Shown: one piece after another, positions 26,667 to 37,369 of the stretch
Position numbering within the stretch: the stretch's first letter is position 1
Layout of the letters: every line of letters starts with the position of its first letter
Source of the DNA: Thermoproteota archaeon
GTDB lineage: Archaea > Korarchaeota > Korarchaeia > Korarchaeales > JAOZGB01
Length of the DNA stretch: 64,000 nt
Reading direction: 5' to 3'
NCBI GenBank assembly: GCA_037917685.1
Contig: JAVCBU010000006.1
Coordinates: 320,001 to 384,000, forward strand
Notes under the pieces: model-generated
What the model was told of the DNA's origin: nothing
Seen by the model: the letters and a program-made list of their open reading frames with translations, nothing else
The model's database searches: none
Translations under genes and position numbers: made by a program

Positions 26667-27989
26667 TTAAGCTTTGATATAGCCAGGAGCCACATATACG
26701 AATCCAGCCTTTAAAACATCAATAGGTCTAAACATGTATCTCCCATCGTAAAGGACGGGTTTTTCATATTTTGTTAGTCTCTTTATCATTCCAAGGTCTA
26801 AACCAGCGAATTCAGGATGATCGGCGCCTATAACAACACAGCAGGAGTCTTTAACACATTCTATAATATTCCTGCAGCTGCTAGCTTCAGGTAAGTACGG
26901 ATCGTAAGATTCCACTTGGTACCCCATATCCTTTAACTGTTCAGCAATCCTGATTGCCGGGCTATTTGCAGTATCCCCGATTCCTCCCTTATAGGATAGC
27001 CCTAAGATCGCCACTTTCAAAGATTCCCCGGTAAAATACTTCTTTATCACTTTGTCAATCTGGTTTGCCGCGTACCTACTCATCTCATCATTTACGTTTC
27101 TAGCTTCAAGTATGAGTGGAGACTCATATCCATAGTCTTTTACATGGCTGTACAGTATTAGTGGATCTTTTGTTAGACAGGGTCCGCCCACCCCAATTCC
27201 AGGCTTTAAAATGTTTACCCTTGGGTGTTTGTTTGCGATTCTAATAGCCTCCTCAGGGTCTACTTTAAAATAGGAGCATATTCTTGCGATGACATTTGCC
27301 AGGGCTATGTTAACGTCTCTATAGGTGTTTTCTATAAGTTTTACTATTTCAGCGGTTTCAGGGCTTGTTACGTCGATTTCACCGGATGTTATCCTCTTGT
27401 AAAACTCTGTAGCCAGTAGGGCTGAGGTTTCGTCAAAACAGCCTAAAACCCTGTTACATGTAGTCAGCTCCTCAATCATCCTTCCAGGTAGTATCCTCTC
27501 CGGGGCATATGCGTAGAACAGGTTTTGTCCTATAACTAACCCCTTCTCCTTTAGTATAGGAGCGATCACCTTACGGCTTGCCCCCGGGGGGATTGTGCTT
27601 TCTACAACTACGAGTTCTCCGCCATCCATCATGTTTCTAATGGTTTTTAAAGCTGTTTTTAGGTAGTTTAAGTTGGCTCTACCGTTTTCTATCGGGGTTG
27701 GAACTGCAACTATGTATATTTCATACTTCTGGCGAGAATTAAGTTTAGAATCTACGTCCAACATGCCGGCACTTATCGTCTCAGAAAGTAGCCTTTCCAG
27801 CTTAGGTTCACTGTTAAGGTTTTTCCCCTCAATTATAGATTTAACCCTCTCAGCCGATATATCGTAGCCTTTAACCCTGTATCCCTTGCTGCAAATAACT
27901 GTAGCTAAGGGTAGGCCGACTCTTCCCATGCCTAATACGCACACCCTAGCTGTTTTCTCTTTTATCTTCTTTAATAGCGTGTTCTCCAT
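26667..27989 (-). CDS. wecC: UDP-N-acetyl-D-mannosamine/nucleotide-sugar dehydrogenase
   Basis: GMGRVGLP, VPTP, ESTIPPG, PERILPG, KLIENTYRDVNIA, GGPCLTKDP. Confidence 0.88.
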   Translation of the reverse strand: MENTLLKKIKEKTARVCVLGMGRVGLPLATVICSKGYRVKGYDISAERVKSIIEGKNLNSEPKLERLLSETISAGMLDVDSKLNSRQKYEIYIVAVPTPIENGRANLNYLKTALKTIRNMMDGGELVVVESTIPPGASRKVIAPILKEKGLVIGQNLFYAYAPERILPGRMIEELTTCNRVLGCFDETSALLATEFYKRITSGEIDVTSPETAEIVKLIENTYRDVNIALANVIARICSYFKVDPEEAIRIANKHPRVNILKPGIGVGGPCLTKDPLILYSHVKDYGYESPLILEARNVNDEMSRYAANQIDKVIKKYFTGESLKVAILGLSYKGGIGDTANSPAIRIAEQLKDMGYQVESYDPYLPEASSCRNIIECVKDSCCVVIGADHPEFAGLDLGMIKRLTKYEKPVLYDGRYMFRPIDVLKAGFVYVAPGYIKA

Positions 27990-28055
27990 CTATAACAGGA
28001 ATGTGCTCTCTTTGATTTAAATTTTATAATCATTCTGGGTTGAAAGTGTTGAAAT

Positions 28056-28262
28056 CTACTTAAAGAGAGTTCCAGCTTCCTCCCTCTTCTTGAGAACCAC
28101 AAGATACCCTGCTATTCGATTCCTAATCTTTTTAGAATCTATCTCACATATCTCTTTTAATATCTGCTTGTTTTTTTCAAAGTCCCTTGTGAAAAGATCC
28201 GGGTACTCTTTAAACAGCTTCCACGCGTATCTCTTTACTACCGCAGACCTTACCTTTCCCAA
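28056..28262 (-). CDS. rps17e: 30S ribosomal protein S17e
   Basis: MGKVR...FTRDFEKNK...SKKIRNRIAGY. Confidence 0.96.
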   Translation of the reverse strand: MGKVRSAVVKRYAWKLFKEYPDLFTRDFEKNKQILKEICEIDSKKIRNRIAGYLVVLKKREEAGTLFK

Positions 28263-28298
28263 ATCTCTGAACCCAGATTTATGTAGTTAAGGTAAGTT

Positions 28299-29354
28299 TT
28301 AAAGTTTAACCCAGAGGAGCCTCCTGCTAGCTGCTTTCTCAACTATCTGCGCTGGACTGAGAACCTTAGGCTTACCCAGGCCCTCCACAGATTTAAGATT
28401 CAGGTATCCTACTGGGCATGGGGCGACGATGATGTCTGCCCCCATTGACATTGCTTCTATCATTAACAGCTCTGCCATCTTTTTTGCTGAGTTCTCGTGT
28501 GCAAAGTAAGTTACACCACCTCCCCCTCCACAGCACCCGGTCTCCTTTAACTCTATAGGTTCAACTCCAGGCATCTGCTCAAGCATTTCTAAAGTTTTAT
28601 TCCTTTCTTTCGGGAGGTAGCAAGGTTTATAATACGCTATTTTGGATCTGAACCTCTTCTTATACTTTATTTCAAGTTCTACTATAACCTCTGTCATATG
28701 GCTTACTCTATCCTTTCCAACTATTTTTTCAAGCCTCACTAGGCATATCGGGCATGATGTAATGATCTTTTCAAATTCTAGGTCTTCTAAGCTGGATTTC
28801 AACTTCATAAGGCTTATATCGCCGAGCGCCTCATAACCAGCTTCGCTTATAAGTCCACCCCCGCATACCGGCATAAATGTTTGCGCCGTTTGGGATAAGA
28901 AGTTCATGATCACCTTGTAATCTGATTTTCCGCAGTCTTGGGCGAAGTTTTTCACCACACAACCCGGGTAGTATATAACTTCAGAGTCTTTCACCTGTGA
29001 TGGCTCTGGCTCTCCTGCTATAAAGCCTTTATTACGTAATTGTGTTGCCATCTCGTCTATCACGGGGGAAACCAGATACCCCTCATCTATTAGCCTAGTC
29101 CTAGCCTTTCTTATTTCGCTTGCAACGTTTATCCCTGATACGCATATTTCCCCACATTTATTACAGAGGGTGCAAGTGTACATTTTTTTAATGTACTCGA
29201 GGCTAACCTTCATTACATTTCTATTCAGCATCCCCAGAAGTTGTAGCCTACCGCGGGGGGAGTTGCTCTCCCTATAGCCAAGAGCTTTATATGAGGGGCA
29301 AGTGTAGAGGCAATATCCGCATTTCTTACAACTTTCATAGTCCATTATGATCAC
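28299..29354 (-). CDS. GlcF-like Fe-S protein (two ferredoxin motifs + CCG domains)
   Basis: CKKCGYCLYTCP, SPRGR, CTLCNKCGEIC, YYPGC, CCGGGGG. Confidence 0.85.
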   Translation of the reverse strand: MIIMDYESCKKCGYCLYTCPSYKALGYRESNSPRGRLQLLGMLNRNVMKVSLEYIKKMYTCTLCNKCGEICVSGINVASEIRKARTRLIDEGYLVSPVIDEMATQLRNKGFIAGEPEPSQVKDSEVIYYPGCVVKNFAQDCGKSDYKVIMNFLSQTAQTFMPVCGGGLISEAGYEALGDISLMKLKSSLEDLEFEKIITSCPICLVRLEKIVGKDRVSHMTEVIVELEIKYKKRFRSKIAYYKPCYLPKERNKTLEMLEQMPGVEPIELKETGCCGGGGGVTYFAHENSAKKMAELLMIEAMSMGADIIVAPCPVGYLNLKSVEGLGKPKVLSPAQIVEKAASRRLLWVKL

Positions 29355-30653
29355 CTATATCTTTCCAGGATTCATAATTCCCGAAGGGTCTAAGCTCTTC
29401 TTTATTTGGATCAACCTCTTAATATCATCAGTTGAATAGCCTAGAGCTACCCACTGCCTCCACCCCGGCCTCAACACTTCGCTTTCTCCACTATTCATAT
29501 GTACGGCTAAATCTATAATCTTCTTTCTAGCCTTAATAGCTCTCTCAGCTTCGCTGGCTTCCAACTTTGCCACTATGGTGGGGTAGAACTCGCAGTTAAG
29601 AGCATTCCCATAGATTCCAATGTCAAGTCTATACTCTCCGGAGATCCTTTCAACCCCCCAGAAAAATTCAGGGAGGCTGTTCTTCGGTATCTTAACCCTA
29701 CACCTCACGATGAACTTGTTTTGTCTGCAGATTGAAGCGAATAGGCTGTCTCTGAAGTTCCATACGATGCTGGGTTCATTCTCATAAATTTGATACTGGA
29801 TGGGTTGAACTTCACTAACTATTTCCGTTATCCTTTTTGTAACATCTTCTTTAAACTCGGCAAGGATGAACGCTTGTCCTATCGGCTCAGGCCAACCTTT
29901 AAGTTTGTAGTTGAACGAAACAGTTTTTTGGTCTATGATCTCCATATTTACAATTTCACTTATGCTTGAGAGCAGTGTTGTGGCCTTAATAGCTTCTTCA
30001 ACGGTTCCATATTCAGCGTAAAATCCTACTTTGCCTGTAACTTTTCTTAGGATTAATGTTGCATCTATTATTATTCCAAAAATCCCTTTCGATCCAACTA
30101 TATCTCTAACGCTAGGGTTGCTTTCTCGGGTGATATCGATAACACCTTTTCCAGGTGTTACCATTCTAATCCTTTCAACATTTTCTATGATGCCTCCCAA
30201 ACCTTGGATGCATGAATATCCTTCTGATATTAATCCACCTATAGTTTTTGGCAGTGTGTAAACAGTTGCCAGGGGGAAAATCATGTCTGCTGCACTCTGC
30301 TCAATCTCATCAATCAAGCACCCAGCTTCTGCTTTGACATAGCCGTTTTCAGCTTTAACGATGAAGTTTCTCATTCTAGCCATATGTACAACTATCCCAC
30401 CCTTTTCCGGGATAGCTGATCCCTCGATACTTGTTCCGGAGCCTCTTGGTACCATGGGGACTTGCTTCTCCCTTGCTATGTCAATTATCTTAATGACGTC
30501 CTCTATTGTTTCTGGCCAAACTATAACATCAGGTTTCCCTGTGATAGGACTTGAGTCGTAACTATAGCATAAAAGTTCAAGTTCATCTGTGGAGATCTTG
30601 TCATCCCCCAGCTCCTTCACTAACTCTTTGTATACATCGGAGCTTATGGGCAT
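29355..30653 (-). CDS. GlcD-like FAD-binding oxidoreductase (divergent)
   Basis: PDVIVWP, PRGSGTS, TIGG, GSKGIFGII, LDPSGIMNPGK. Confidence 0.82.
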   Translation of the reverse strand: MPISSDVYKELVKELGDDKISTDELELLCYSYDSSPITGKPDVIVWPETIEDVIKIIDIAREKQVPMVPRGSGTSIEGSAIPEKGGIVVHMARMRNFIVKAENGYVKAEAGCLIDEIEQSAADMIFPLATVYTLPKTIGGLISEGYSCIQGLGGIIENVERIRMVTPGKGVIDITRESNPSVRDIVGSKGIFGIIIDATLILRKVTGKVGFYAEYGTVEEAIKATTLLSSISEIVNMEIIDQKTVSFNYKLKGWPEPIGQAFILAEFKEDVTKRITEIVSEVQPIQYQIYENEPSIVWNFRDSLFASICRQNKFIVRCRVKIPKNSLPEFFWGVERISGEYRLDIGIYGNALNCEFYPTIVAKLEASEAERAIKARKKIIDLAVHMNSGESEVLRPGWRQWVALGYSTDDIKRLIQIKKSLDPSGIMNPGKI

Positions 30654-30707
30654 CTATTAGTTAAGTGATTGGGAATAGTTAAAAGTTTCATCAGCCGCCA
30701 TGGAATT

Positions 30708-31853
30708 ATGGAGAAACAATTAAAGACGCTTCTATATAACATACATGTTAGTAAAGGGGCTAAGATTGTGGACTTTGCAGGATGGCTAATGCCTCTGTGG
30801 TATTCGGGTACCACTGATGAGGTTTTAGCAGTTCGGAACAACGCTGGGATATTTGATGTCTCTCATATGGGCAGGTTTATTATCGAAGGTCCGGATGCTG
30901 AAAAGCTGTTACAGCATGTAACAACGAATAATGTTTCAAAGCTTACACCTGGGAGGGCCCACTACACAACGTTAACCAATGAAAATGGTGGAATTAAAGA
31001 TGACGAGGTAATACTGAGGATAGGTGAAGAAAAATTCATAGAGGTCACTAATGCGGCGACGAGAAAGAAAATATGGAATTGGATAAATAAGATTGCCCGA
31101 GAAAAAGGCTTCAAAGTTTCGATAAGTGACGAAACATTTAATTCAACGATGCTAGCACTTCAAGGTCCTAAATCCATCGAAATTATCAAAAAGCTTGCTG
31201 GAAGTAACGTGTCAGACATGAAAAGGTTTAGGCTTTCACTAGTTGAGATAGCTGGCTCCGAGAGAGTTGTTAGCAAGACGGGATATACCGGTGAAGCTGG
31301 GTTTGAAATAATAACTCTAGGAGAAGAGCCTGGAAACCCTAAGAAGACTTTGAAGCTTGTTGAAGAGATAGAGAGGATAGGGAAAAATTATGGTTTAAAA
31401 TTCTGCGGTCTCAGTGCGAGGGATGTCCTGAGACTTGAGGCCGGCATGATACTTTATGACCATGACGCTGATGAAACAACAACCCCCTTTGAGGCTAATA
31501 TTTCATTTGTGGTCAAATTGGACAAGGGTGATTTCATAGGCCGTGAAGCTCTGGCGAGGCAGGCCGAAGAAGGGGTTAAAAGGCTTAGAGTCGGCCTCAA
31601 GATGCTTGGAAAATCTATAGCGAGGCATGGATACAAAGTTTTCAGCAAGGATGGAAAGGAGATAGGGAGGATTACTAGTGGAAACTACAGCCCAATAGTT
31701 GGCTGTGGGATTGCGATGGCCTATTTACCCGTTGAGTACTCAGAGATAGGAGTAAAGGTAAAAGTGGAGATTCGGGGGAGAATTGAGGAAGCAGTAGTTC
31801 ATAAGATGCCATTCTACGATGAGTCTAAGTATGGCTGGCGGAGATCAGCCTAG
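30708..31853 (+). CDS. gcvT: glycine cleavage system aminomethyltransferase T
   Basis: FAGWLMP, FDVSHMG, LQGP, TGYTGEAGFE, ARDVLRLEAG; ATG at 30708 preferred. Confidence 0.95.
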   Translation: MEKQLKTLLYNIHVSKGAKIVDFAGWLMPLWYSGTTDEVLAVRNNAGIFDVSHMGRFIIEGPDAEKLLQHVTTNNVSKLTPGRAHYTTLTNENGGIKDDEVILRIGEEKFIEVTNAATRKKIWNWINKIAREKGFKVSISDETFNSTMLALQGPKSIEIIKKLAGSNVSDMKRFRLSLVEIAGSERVVSKTGYTGEAGFEIITLGEEPGNPKKTLKLVEEIERIGKNYGLKFCGLSARDVLRLEAGMILYDHDADETTTPFEANISFVVKLDKGDFIGREALARQAEEGVKRLRVGLKMLGKSIARHGYKVFSKDGKEIGRITSGNYSPIVGCGIAMAYLPVEYSEIGVKVKVEIRGRIEEAVVHKMPFYDESKYGWRRSA

Positions 31854-33975
31854 AAGCTTCTTCTATAATCTTTGAGGCTAAAACCCTACCTACACCCTCC
31901 ACTGATGACAAGTCTTCGACGCTCGCTGAGGCTAAAGAGCTGAGACTCCTATACCCAGCGTTAAATAGGCGCCTTGCCCTGACCCTGCCAACTCCTCTTA
32001 TCGCGATTATAGGTATAAGCTCCTCCTTAATGCCATGCATTACCCTAATTCTAAGCTTTCTTAGTTTCTCATATACATCTTTAACTCTGAAGAGCCTCGC
32101 TAATTCACCCATGCTGTATAAGAGCCACTGGCATGCTTCAACTATCCTGTAAACATCTCCAGGCTGAAGACCTAGCTCCGCTTCAATCCATGCTTCGGAA
32201 GCTTCCATTATCCACGCCTTCATTGTTACTGCTGCTTTCGTTCCCATCATGAATTCTTCATAATCCTCTATCTCGTCAAACTTATATGGTACATCTATAA
32301 GTAAATGATCCCTGTAATCCTCCAGATATGATTCTAGCAGTTCGTCATCTCCTGACCTTAGGAATGGCTTGTCCATGTCCGGTGTTATGCAGACTGCGTG
32401 TAGAAGGCTAAAATCATTAATCTTAACCTCACTGCTACGCTTCAAACACTCCCTTAAAATTATAGCCGTAGATGGGGATATATAGAGTTGTGAGGTTCTA
32501 AGCCCGAACCTCGTCGGCTTAAAAATCCTATCTCCCCTTATAAAACCGTTATCTTTCAGATACTCTAAAATGTTTTCAACGTCAAACTTAACCCTGCTTA
32601 ACCCCTCTTGTACAGCTAGGAGGGTGTTTTTTAATATTCTAAGGATTCCTCTTCTCCCGGTGCTCTCCAATATGCATATAAGTGAAAGTACATGGGATGG
32701 TAAGACATTTGGGTTTCTAAGATTTGATTTTATAGGTTCTGGCTCACCTTTGACATAATAGTCTATGAATCTCTCCATATCCCTTTTATTTCTCGCCACG
32801 ATTATTGCTTCCCCATACTCGTCATACTGGGGCCTACCAGCCCTTCCAGCCATCTGTTTATACTCCATAACTGGTATAAGACCTCCTCCTAACGCGGAGA
32901 ACCTATATAGGCTGTGAATAACAACTCTACGTGCTGGCAGATTTACGCCTGCTGCGAGGGTGGGTGTGGCGCAGAGCACCTTTATAAATCCTCTTCTAAA
33001 ACCCTCTTCAACCACTTTCCTGACGCTGTATGGTATGCCAGCATGGTGGAACGCTACACCAGCGGGGATGCATGAGGCAAGTTTTTCAATAATCTCAGTG
33101 CGCGGCTGTCCTGCTCTAAGCCTTTCAGACGCGTTCCATAACCAATCATTGCTTTCAATGACCCCTAGGAGCTTTTCAGAATATTTGAACGCTGCGTTGA
33201 CCGCCATACTTCTTGTATTGTAGAATATTAGTATTTGCCCTCCTTCTTCAAGTTCGTCAAAGATCAGGTTCAAAACCGGGTCCTCTACACCATCGCTGAT
33301 TCTCTCTACTCTTCCGTCTTCAAAGTATAATTTTCCCCGATAATACACCCCCTCACGTAGAGGAACAGGTCTCCAGCTTGTGGATATATATTTGGCTTTA
33401 AGCCATTTGCTTATCTCGTCAGGGTTTCTGACAGTAGCGCTTAAAGCGATTATTCTAACATTAGGTTTCATATACATAAGTTTGGCAACTGTGAGTTCGA
33501 GTGTTGGTCCTCTCTCCCTGCTTGACACGGTGTGAACCTCGTCGAGTACCACGTCTGTGATCCTTTCAAGCCATGTAGGTTTATGCCTTATAATTGAGTC
33601 AAATTTTTCATATGTCATTATCACTATGTCCGAGTCAGAAAGTCTCGCCTCCTTCGAATCATAATCTCCTACACTCATGGCTACTCTGGCAAATTTGCCG
33701 TATCTAGACTTTAATAGCTCGTACTTTTCGGATGCTAGGGCTCTTAAAGGTACGAGGTATATACAGACGCCTCCCCTCTCTAGGACTGACTTCATGATGG
33801 AGACTTCAGCTATTAACGTTTTTCCGCTAGCAGTCGGGGTGCAAACAAGCCAGTTACCACCATCTGCAACCCCTTTGGCGAAAGCCTCCTCTTGAGGCGG
33901 GTAGAGCTCTCTTATCCCATCTTTAAGTAGGACATCTATTACTTTTCGGGGTATTTTAAGTTGGGAAATTAACAT
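31825..33975 (-). CDS. hel308: Ski2-like DNA helicase Hel308/Hjm
   Basis: PTASGKT, DEVH, LSAT, FHHAG, TLAAGVNLP, QMAGRAGRP, C-terminal HhH. Confidence 0.93.
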   Translation of the reverse strand: MLISQLKIPRKVIDVLLKDGIRELYPPQEEAFAKGVADGGNWLVCTPTASGKTLIAEVSIMKSVLERGGVCIYLVPLRALASEKYELLKSRYGKFARVAMSVGDYDSKEARLSDSDIVIMTYEKFDSIIRHKPTWLERITDVVLDEVHTVSSRERGPTLELTVAKLMYMKPNVRIIALSATVRNPDEISKWLKAKYISTSWRPVPLREGVYYRGKLYFEDGRVERISDGVEDPVLNLIFDELEEGGQILIFYNTRSMAVNAAFKYSEKLLGVIESNDWLWNASERLRAGQPRTEIIEKLASCIPAGVAFHHAGIPYSVRKVVEEGFRRGFIKVLCATPTLAAGVNLPARRVVIHSLYRFSALGGGLIPVMEYKQMAGRAGRPQYDEYGEAIIVARNKRDMERFIDYYVKGEPEPIKSNLRNPNVLPSHVLSLICILESTGRRGILRILKNTLLAVQEGLSRVKFDVENILEYLKDNGFIRGDRIFKPTRFGLRTSQLYISPSTAIILRECLKRSSEVKINDFSLLHAVCITPDMDKPFLRSGDDELLESYLEDYRDHLLIDVPYKFDEIEDYEEFMMGTKAAVTMKAWIMEASEAWIEAELGLQPGDVYRIVEACQWLLYSMGELARLFRVKDVYEKLRKLRIRVMHGIKEELIPIIAIRGVGRVRARRLFNAGYRSLSSLASASVEDLSSVEGVGRVLASKIIEEASRLISASHT

Positions 33976-33976
33976 G

Positions 33977-36900
33977 TTAACTCTCTTCTGCTGGTTTGAA
34001 ATACCCTGCTCTTGGCATATATAGGTTTCCGGTCTCCCTTAGCTCGTCGATAAGTTCTTTAACCATCTTTTCCGTGTATCCTATTCTCTTCACCTTCAAC
34101 TCGTCCATTACAGCTTTTATAAGCTCCCCTCTCGAGACACCCTCATCCTTTCCTTTGGAAAGCTCACGGGCCTTCTCCATTATTATATTGGATACAAGCA
34201 TCTTTGAATGTCTATGGCCGTCTAACATGTGTATATCGAAGCCCCTGATGCTCACATCATAAGCTACTGTTCTAAGCATATAATTCATAAGCTCTATGGC
34301 AGCCTCTGCATCCTCGATATCCACTGTTTCCTTGAGCAGCATTTTCGCATGTGCCTCCGCCAGCCTTATAAGAGCCTCAAGCTGCCTGGGAGTTATAGGT
34401 ATCGGAGTTTCGCCTTCATACATAGCTTCGCTCTGGGGAGTTTGCATTCTCAATGTCAGATAGTACTCTTTTATTCTCTCTACAGCCCTTCGACTGACCT
34501 TAGGCCTTATCCTCCTTGCGAATGCTATGTATTTCTTCAAGGTTTCAGAGTCCATGATAGGCTTCGCCATAGGGTTTACACCTATATGTGTGTCAACTAT
34601 GTGTTCAGCTATAGCCCTATCCCTCTCGATCTCCGGTCTGTCCTCCATAACAAAGATAAGGTCAAACCTAGAGAGTATGGTGGGCGGTAAGTTTATATTC
34701 TCAGCTACAGACTTTGTTGAAATCCACCTTCCACCCTTAGGATTGGCAGCTGCTATTATAGTTGTCCTCGCATTTAGGGTGGATATTATCCCGGCCTTAG
34801 CCACCGAAATAGTCTGTTGCTCCATAGCCTCATGTATCGCAACACGGTCGTTCTCCCCCATCTTATCAAACTCATCGATGCATGCGATTCCCCCGTCAGC
34901 TATGACAAGCGCGCCAGCCTCAAGACTCCACCCCCCTGTAAACGGGTCCCTAACAACCGCCGCCGTCAACCCCGCTGCCGTAGCTCCCTTACCTGTGGTA
35001 TACAGCCCTCTGGGTGCAAGCTGTGAGACATACTTCAGTATCTGACTGTTATGTACGAATACCCCGTTCGCTATGAAGTTGTGAGTTTTTTCAACTTGGA
35101 TATCGTAAACCCATTCATCACTGCTTTCCTCGCAGATAGACACAACTTCATCCCAGTAGATGTCTGTGTTAATTTGAGTTTCTAGCTCTTTAAGACTCCA
35201 TGGGATGTCAAACGGATTTGTAACATTTTCCTTAAGCGTTCTAACTATGCTGCGAAGGGTTTCCCTGGGGACCGGTCTCTTCCCAGATTCATATCTCTGC
35301 AGTGAAGTTTTCGGGATATTAAACTCATCCATCGAAATAGCCAAGCTTTGTCTCGCATCTCTTATTAGCCCGCCGACTCCTGGGATCACATCTCTCGGGC
35401 TGGTGTTTAGGGAAGCCCTACGGCTTATCCTTCTCAAGGTTTTAAGTCTAGCCTCGTATGCTGTGCCTACCTCTTCAATAAACTTTTTAATGTATCGTCC
35501 TCTTATCTTCAGCTTTATATAGTTTCCTTCGTCTTCAACGACAGCTATGATCCTATGCGACAGGAGAAGGTGTCTTATCTGTTCAATGAAGTCCCTGCTT
35601 GCACTAACTATGTGCATCTGGCCTCTCCTTACTGAAAGCTTTCCAGCAGCGTCGAAGAACGTCCTAAGGAAAGCTCTTGTCTCGTCGAGACTGCCGGACA
35701 TTACAAATGGTGGAACTCTCTTCTTACCCTTGTATATTCCACACTGGTCTAGTAAGACCTCTATGTCCGGACTATAAATCGATACCTCCACTTTAAGCCC
35801 TTCATAGTTACCATCGATTTTAACATTACGTAGGTTTCTTTTCGCAAGATATAAAATACTATTAACAAGGCTTTTCGGGCATGAAATCACTGCCCCCTTA
35901 AGTCCCCCCTTCTTTGACGGCTTTCCAGCCGCGATAAGATATCCAGCGATCGCTGCAAGCCCTACATTTTTACCATTTTTTCCACGGGGGATATAATAGG
36001 GTGTGGCGATAAACATCCTAGGTTTCAGCTCGGATGCTCTAATCCTTGTTATCTTACCATTTTCACAGGTGAAGAAGGGATGAGTCGGAGTTACCCTTAT
36101 GATCCTCCCAGTCTTGGTTTTTACCTTCAGAATTTTCCCGGGCGATCTTCTTTTCAACACCACAGTCGACAAGGCATCGCTAACCTTTCCCTCCGCATTC
36201 ATGGTTTTTAACATCAGTTTACCCCTGGCAGCATGACCATCATCTAGGGGTATCCTGTCCTTCGAGAGGAGATCGTTAACAATTTCGTCGACTCTCACCA
36301 GGCTTCCATCACTCATTACAATCATGGATTCTCCAGTGACACATTTAGCAGTGCCGGGATCCCCTACCAACAGTATGTTGATTTCACCCTTGACCCTTGT
36401 CCCATCTTCAAATACTTTAGCGTTTCCACCGAACAAGGCAAGGGCTATCGCCTTTTTGATGTAGCCCCAGTTATGTATTGAGGGAGCTATCGATCTAATT
36501 ATTGCCTCCTTAAGCCTTTCTCTGTCTCTAGCAAGCTCCATAAACCTTCTTTCATCCTCCTCCGTTACCTCTATTCTCTCGTATTCCCTCGTCTCATGAA
36601 TTATATTGTTAACCTTAATGTAGCTTGTATATAGTGTACCTCTTCCCCTAAATCGTTTCCCGCTTTCTCTAAGAAGGTCTAGGATTCCTATTACGGTAAC
36701 CCTGTCGCCGGGCTTAACCTCGTCAACGATGTCGTCAAGCAAGACACAGTCTACGTATCTAGGCATAGCTCCTGGAGAGAGTTCTTCAGGCTTCTCCTGA
36801 ATCCTTATTACCTGCCAGTTTACAAACTTGCTTAGGTTCTCATCAAGTTCAAACTTGTTATTGTTGCATTCGTCACATACCACTGGCTTCTTCAGCCCGG

Positions 36901-37369
36901 GGCCCGCTTGCTTCACTCGCACTACATTTCCACAATCCGGATTTGTGCATCTGAAAGCTGCTTCTTCGAGAAGCCTGAGTACAGGGGTGCATCGCGTTAC
37001 AATTCCCGAGAGACATATTAGTTTACCGGGTAAGATGAGGTTCAAATCTTTAAAGGAGTGTATCTTTGGAGGATCTACAATCCTCACATGAAACTTCTTA
37101 TTAACGGAATACTCGTAGTCTATCAGGGCAACTATCCTACTTAGAGCCTTGCTCGCTTCCTCAACGAATCTCTGAGGTTCACATATGAAAACCTCAGAAA
37201 GCTCTGGGTCATAGCTCCTAATATGCTGGTAGGATACCTCTAGGCTTCTTTTTTCATCTCTAATCATGTCTCCAACTTTCTCGAAGTATAATAGCTTTCC
37301 CTTCTCATCCCTAAATGACCTAATAAACTCTTCAAACTCACTTGATATTTGTTTGAGCGCGCTCTCCAA
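33977..37369 (-). CDS. mcm: MCM replicative helicase, intein-containing
   Basis: Zn finger, IQEKPE, GDPGTAK/SQ split Walker A, IDEFDKM, HEAMEQQT, SRFD. Confidence 0.96.
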   Translation of the reverse strand: MESALKQISSEFEEFIRSFRDEKGKLLYFEKVGDMIRDEKRSLEVSYQHIRSYDPELSEVFICEPQRFVEEASKALSRIVALIDYEYSVNKKFHVRIVDPPKIHSFKDLNLILPGKLICLSGIVTRCTPVLRLLEEAAFRCTNPDCGNVVRVKQAGPGLKKPVVCDECNNNKFELDENLSKFVNWQVIRIQEKPEELSPGAMPRYVDCVLLDDIVDEVKPGDRVTVIGILDLLRESGKRFRGRGTLYTSYIKVNNIIHETREYERIEVTEEDERRFMELARDRERLKEAIIRSIAPSIHNWGYIKKAIALALFGGNAKVFEDGTRVKGEINILLVGDPGTAKCVTGESMIVMSDGSLVRVDEIVNDLLSKDRIPLDDGHAARGKLMLKTMNAEGKVSDALSTVVLKRRSPGKILKVKTKTGRIIRVTPTHPFFTCENGKITRIRASELKPRMFIATPYYIPRGKNGKNVGLAAIAGYLIAAGKPSKKGGLKGAVISCPKSLVNSILYLAKRNLRNVKIDGNYEGLKVEVSIYSPDIEVLLDQCGIYKGKKRVPPFVMSGSLDETRAFLRTFFDAAGKLSVRRGQMHIVSASRDFIEQIRHLLLSHRIIAVVEDEGNYIKLKIRGRYIKKFIEEVGTAYEARLKTLRRISRRASLNTSPRDVIPGVGGLIRDARQSLAISMDEFNIPKTSLQRYESGKRPVPRETLRSIVRTLKENVTNPFDIPWSLKELETQINTDIYWDEVVSICEESSDEWVYDIQVEKTHNFIANGVFVHNSQILKYVSQLAPRGLYTTGKGATAAGLTAAVVRDPFTGGWSLEAGALVIADGGIACIDEFDKMGENDRVAIHEAMEQQTISVAKAGIISTLNARTTIIAAANPKGGRWISTKSVAENINLPPTILSRFDLIFVMEDRPEIERDRAIAEHIVDTHIGVNPMAKPIMDSETLKKYIAFARRIRPKVSRRAVERIKEYYLTLRMQTPQSEAMYEGETPIPITPRQLEALIRLAEAHAKMLLKETVDIEDAEAAIELMNYMLRTVAYDVSIRGFDIHMLDGHRHSKMLVSNIIMEKARELSKGKDEGVSRGELIKAVMDELKVKRIGYTEKMVKELIDELRETGNLYMPRAGYFKPAEES
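35048..36343 (-). mobile_element. 432-aa intein in MCM Walker A, with degenerate LAGLIDADG endonuclease and HTH insert
   Basis: Begins C-VTGES after GDPGTAK; block B TPTHPF; block F WVYDIQV..THNF; ends FVHN before Ser. Confidence 0.93.
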
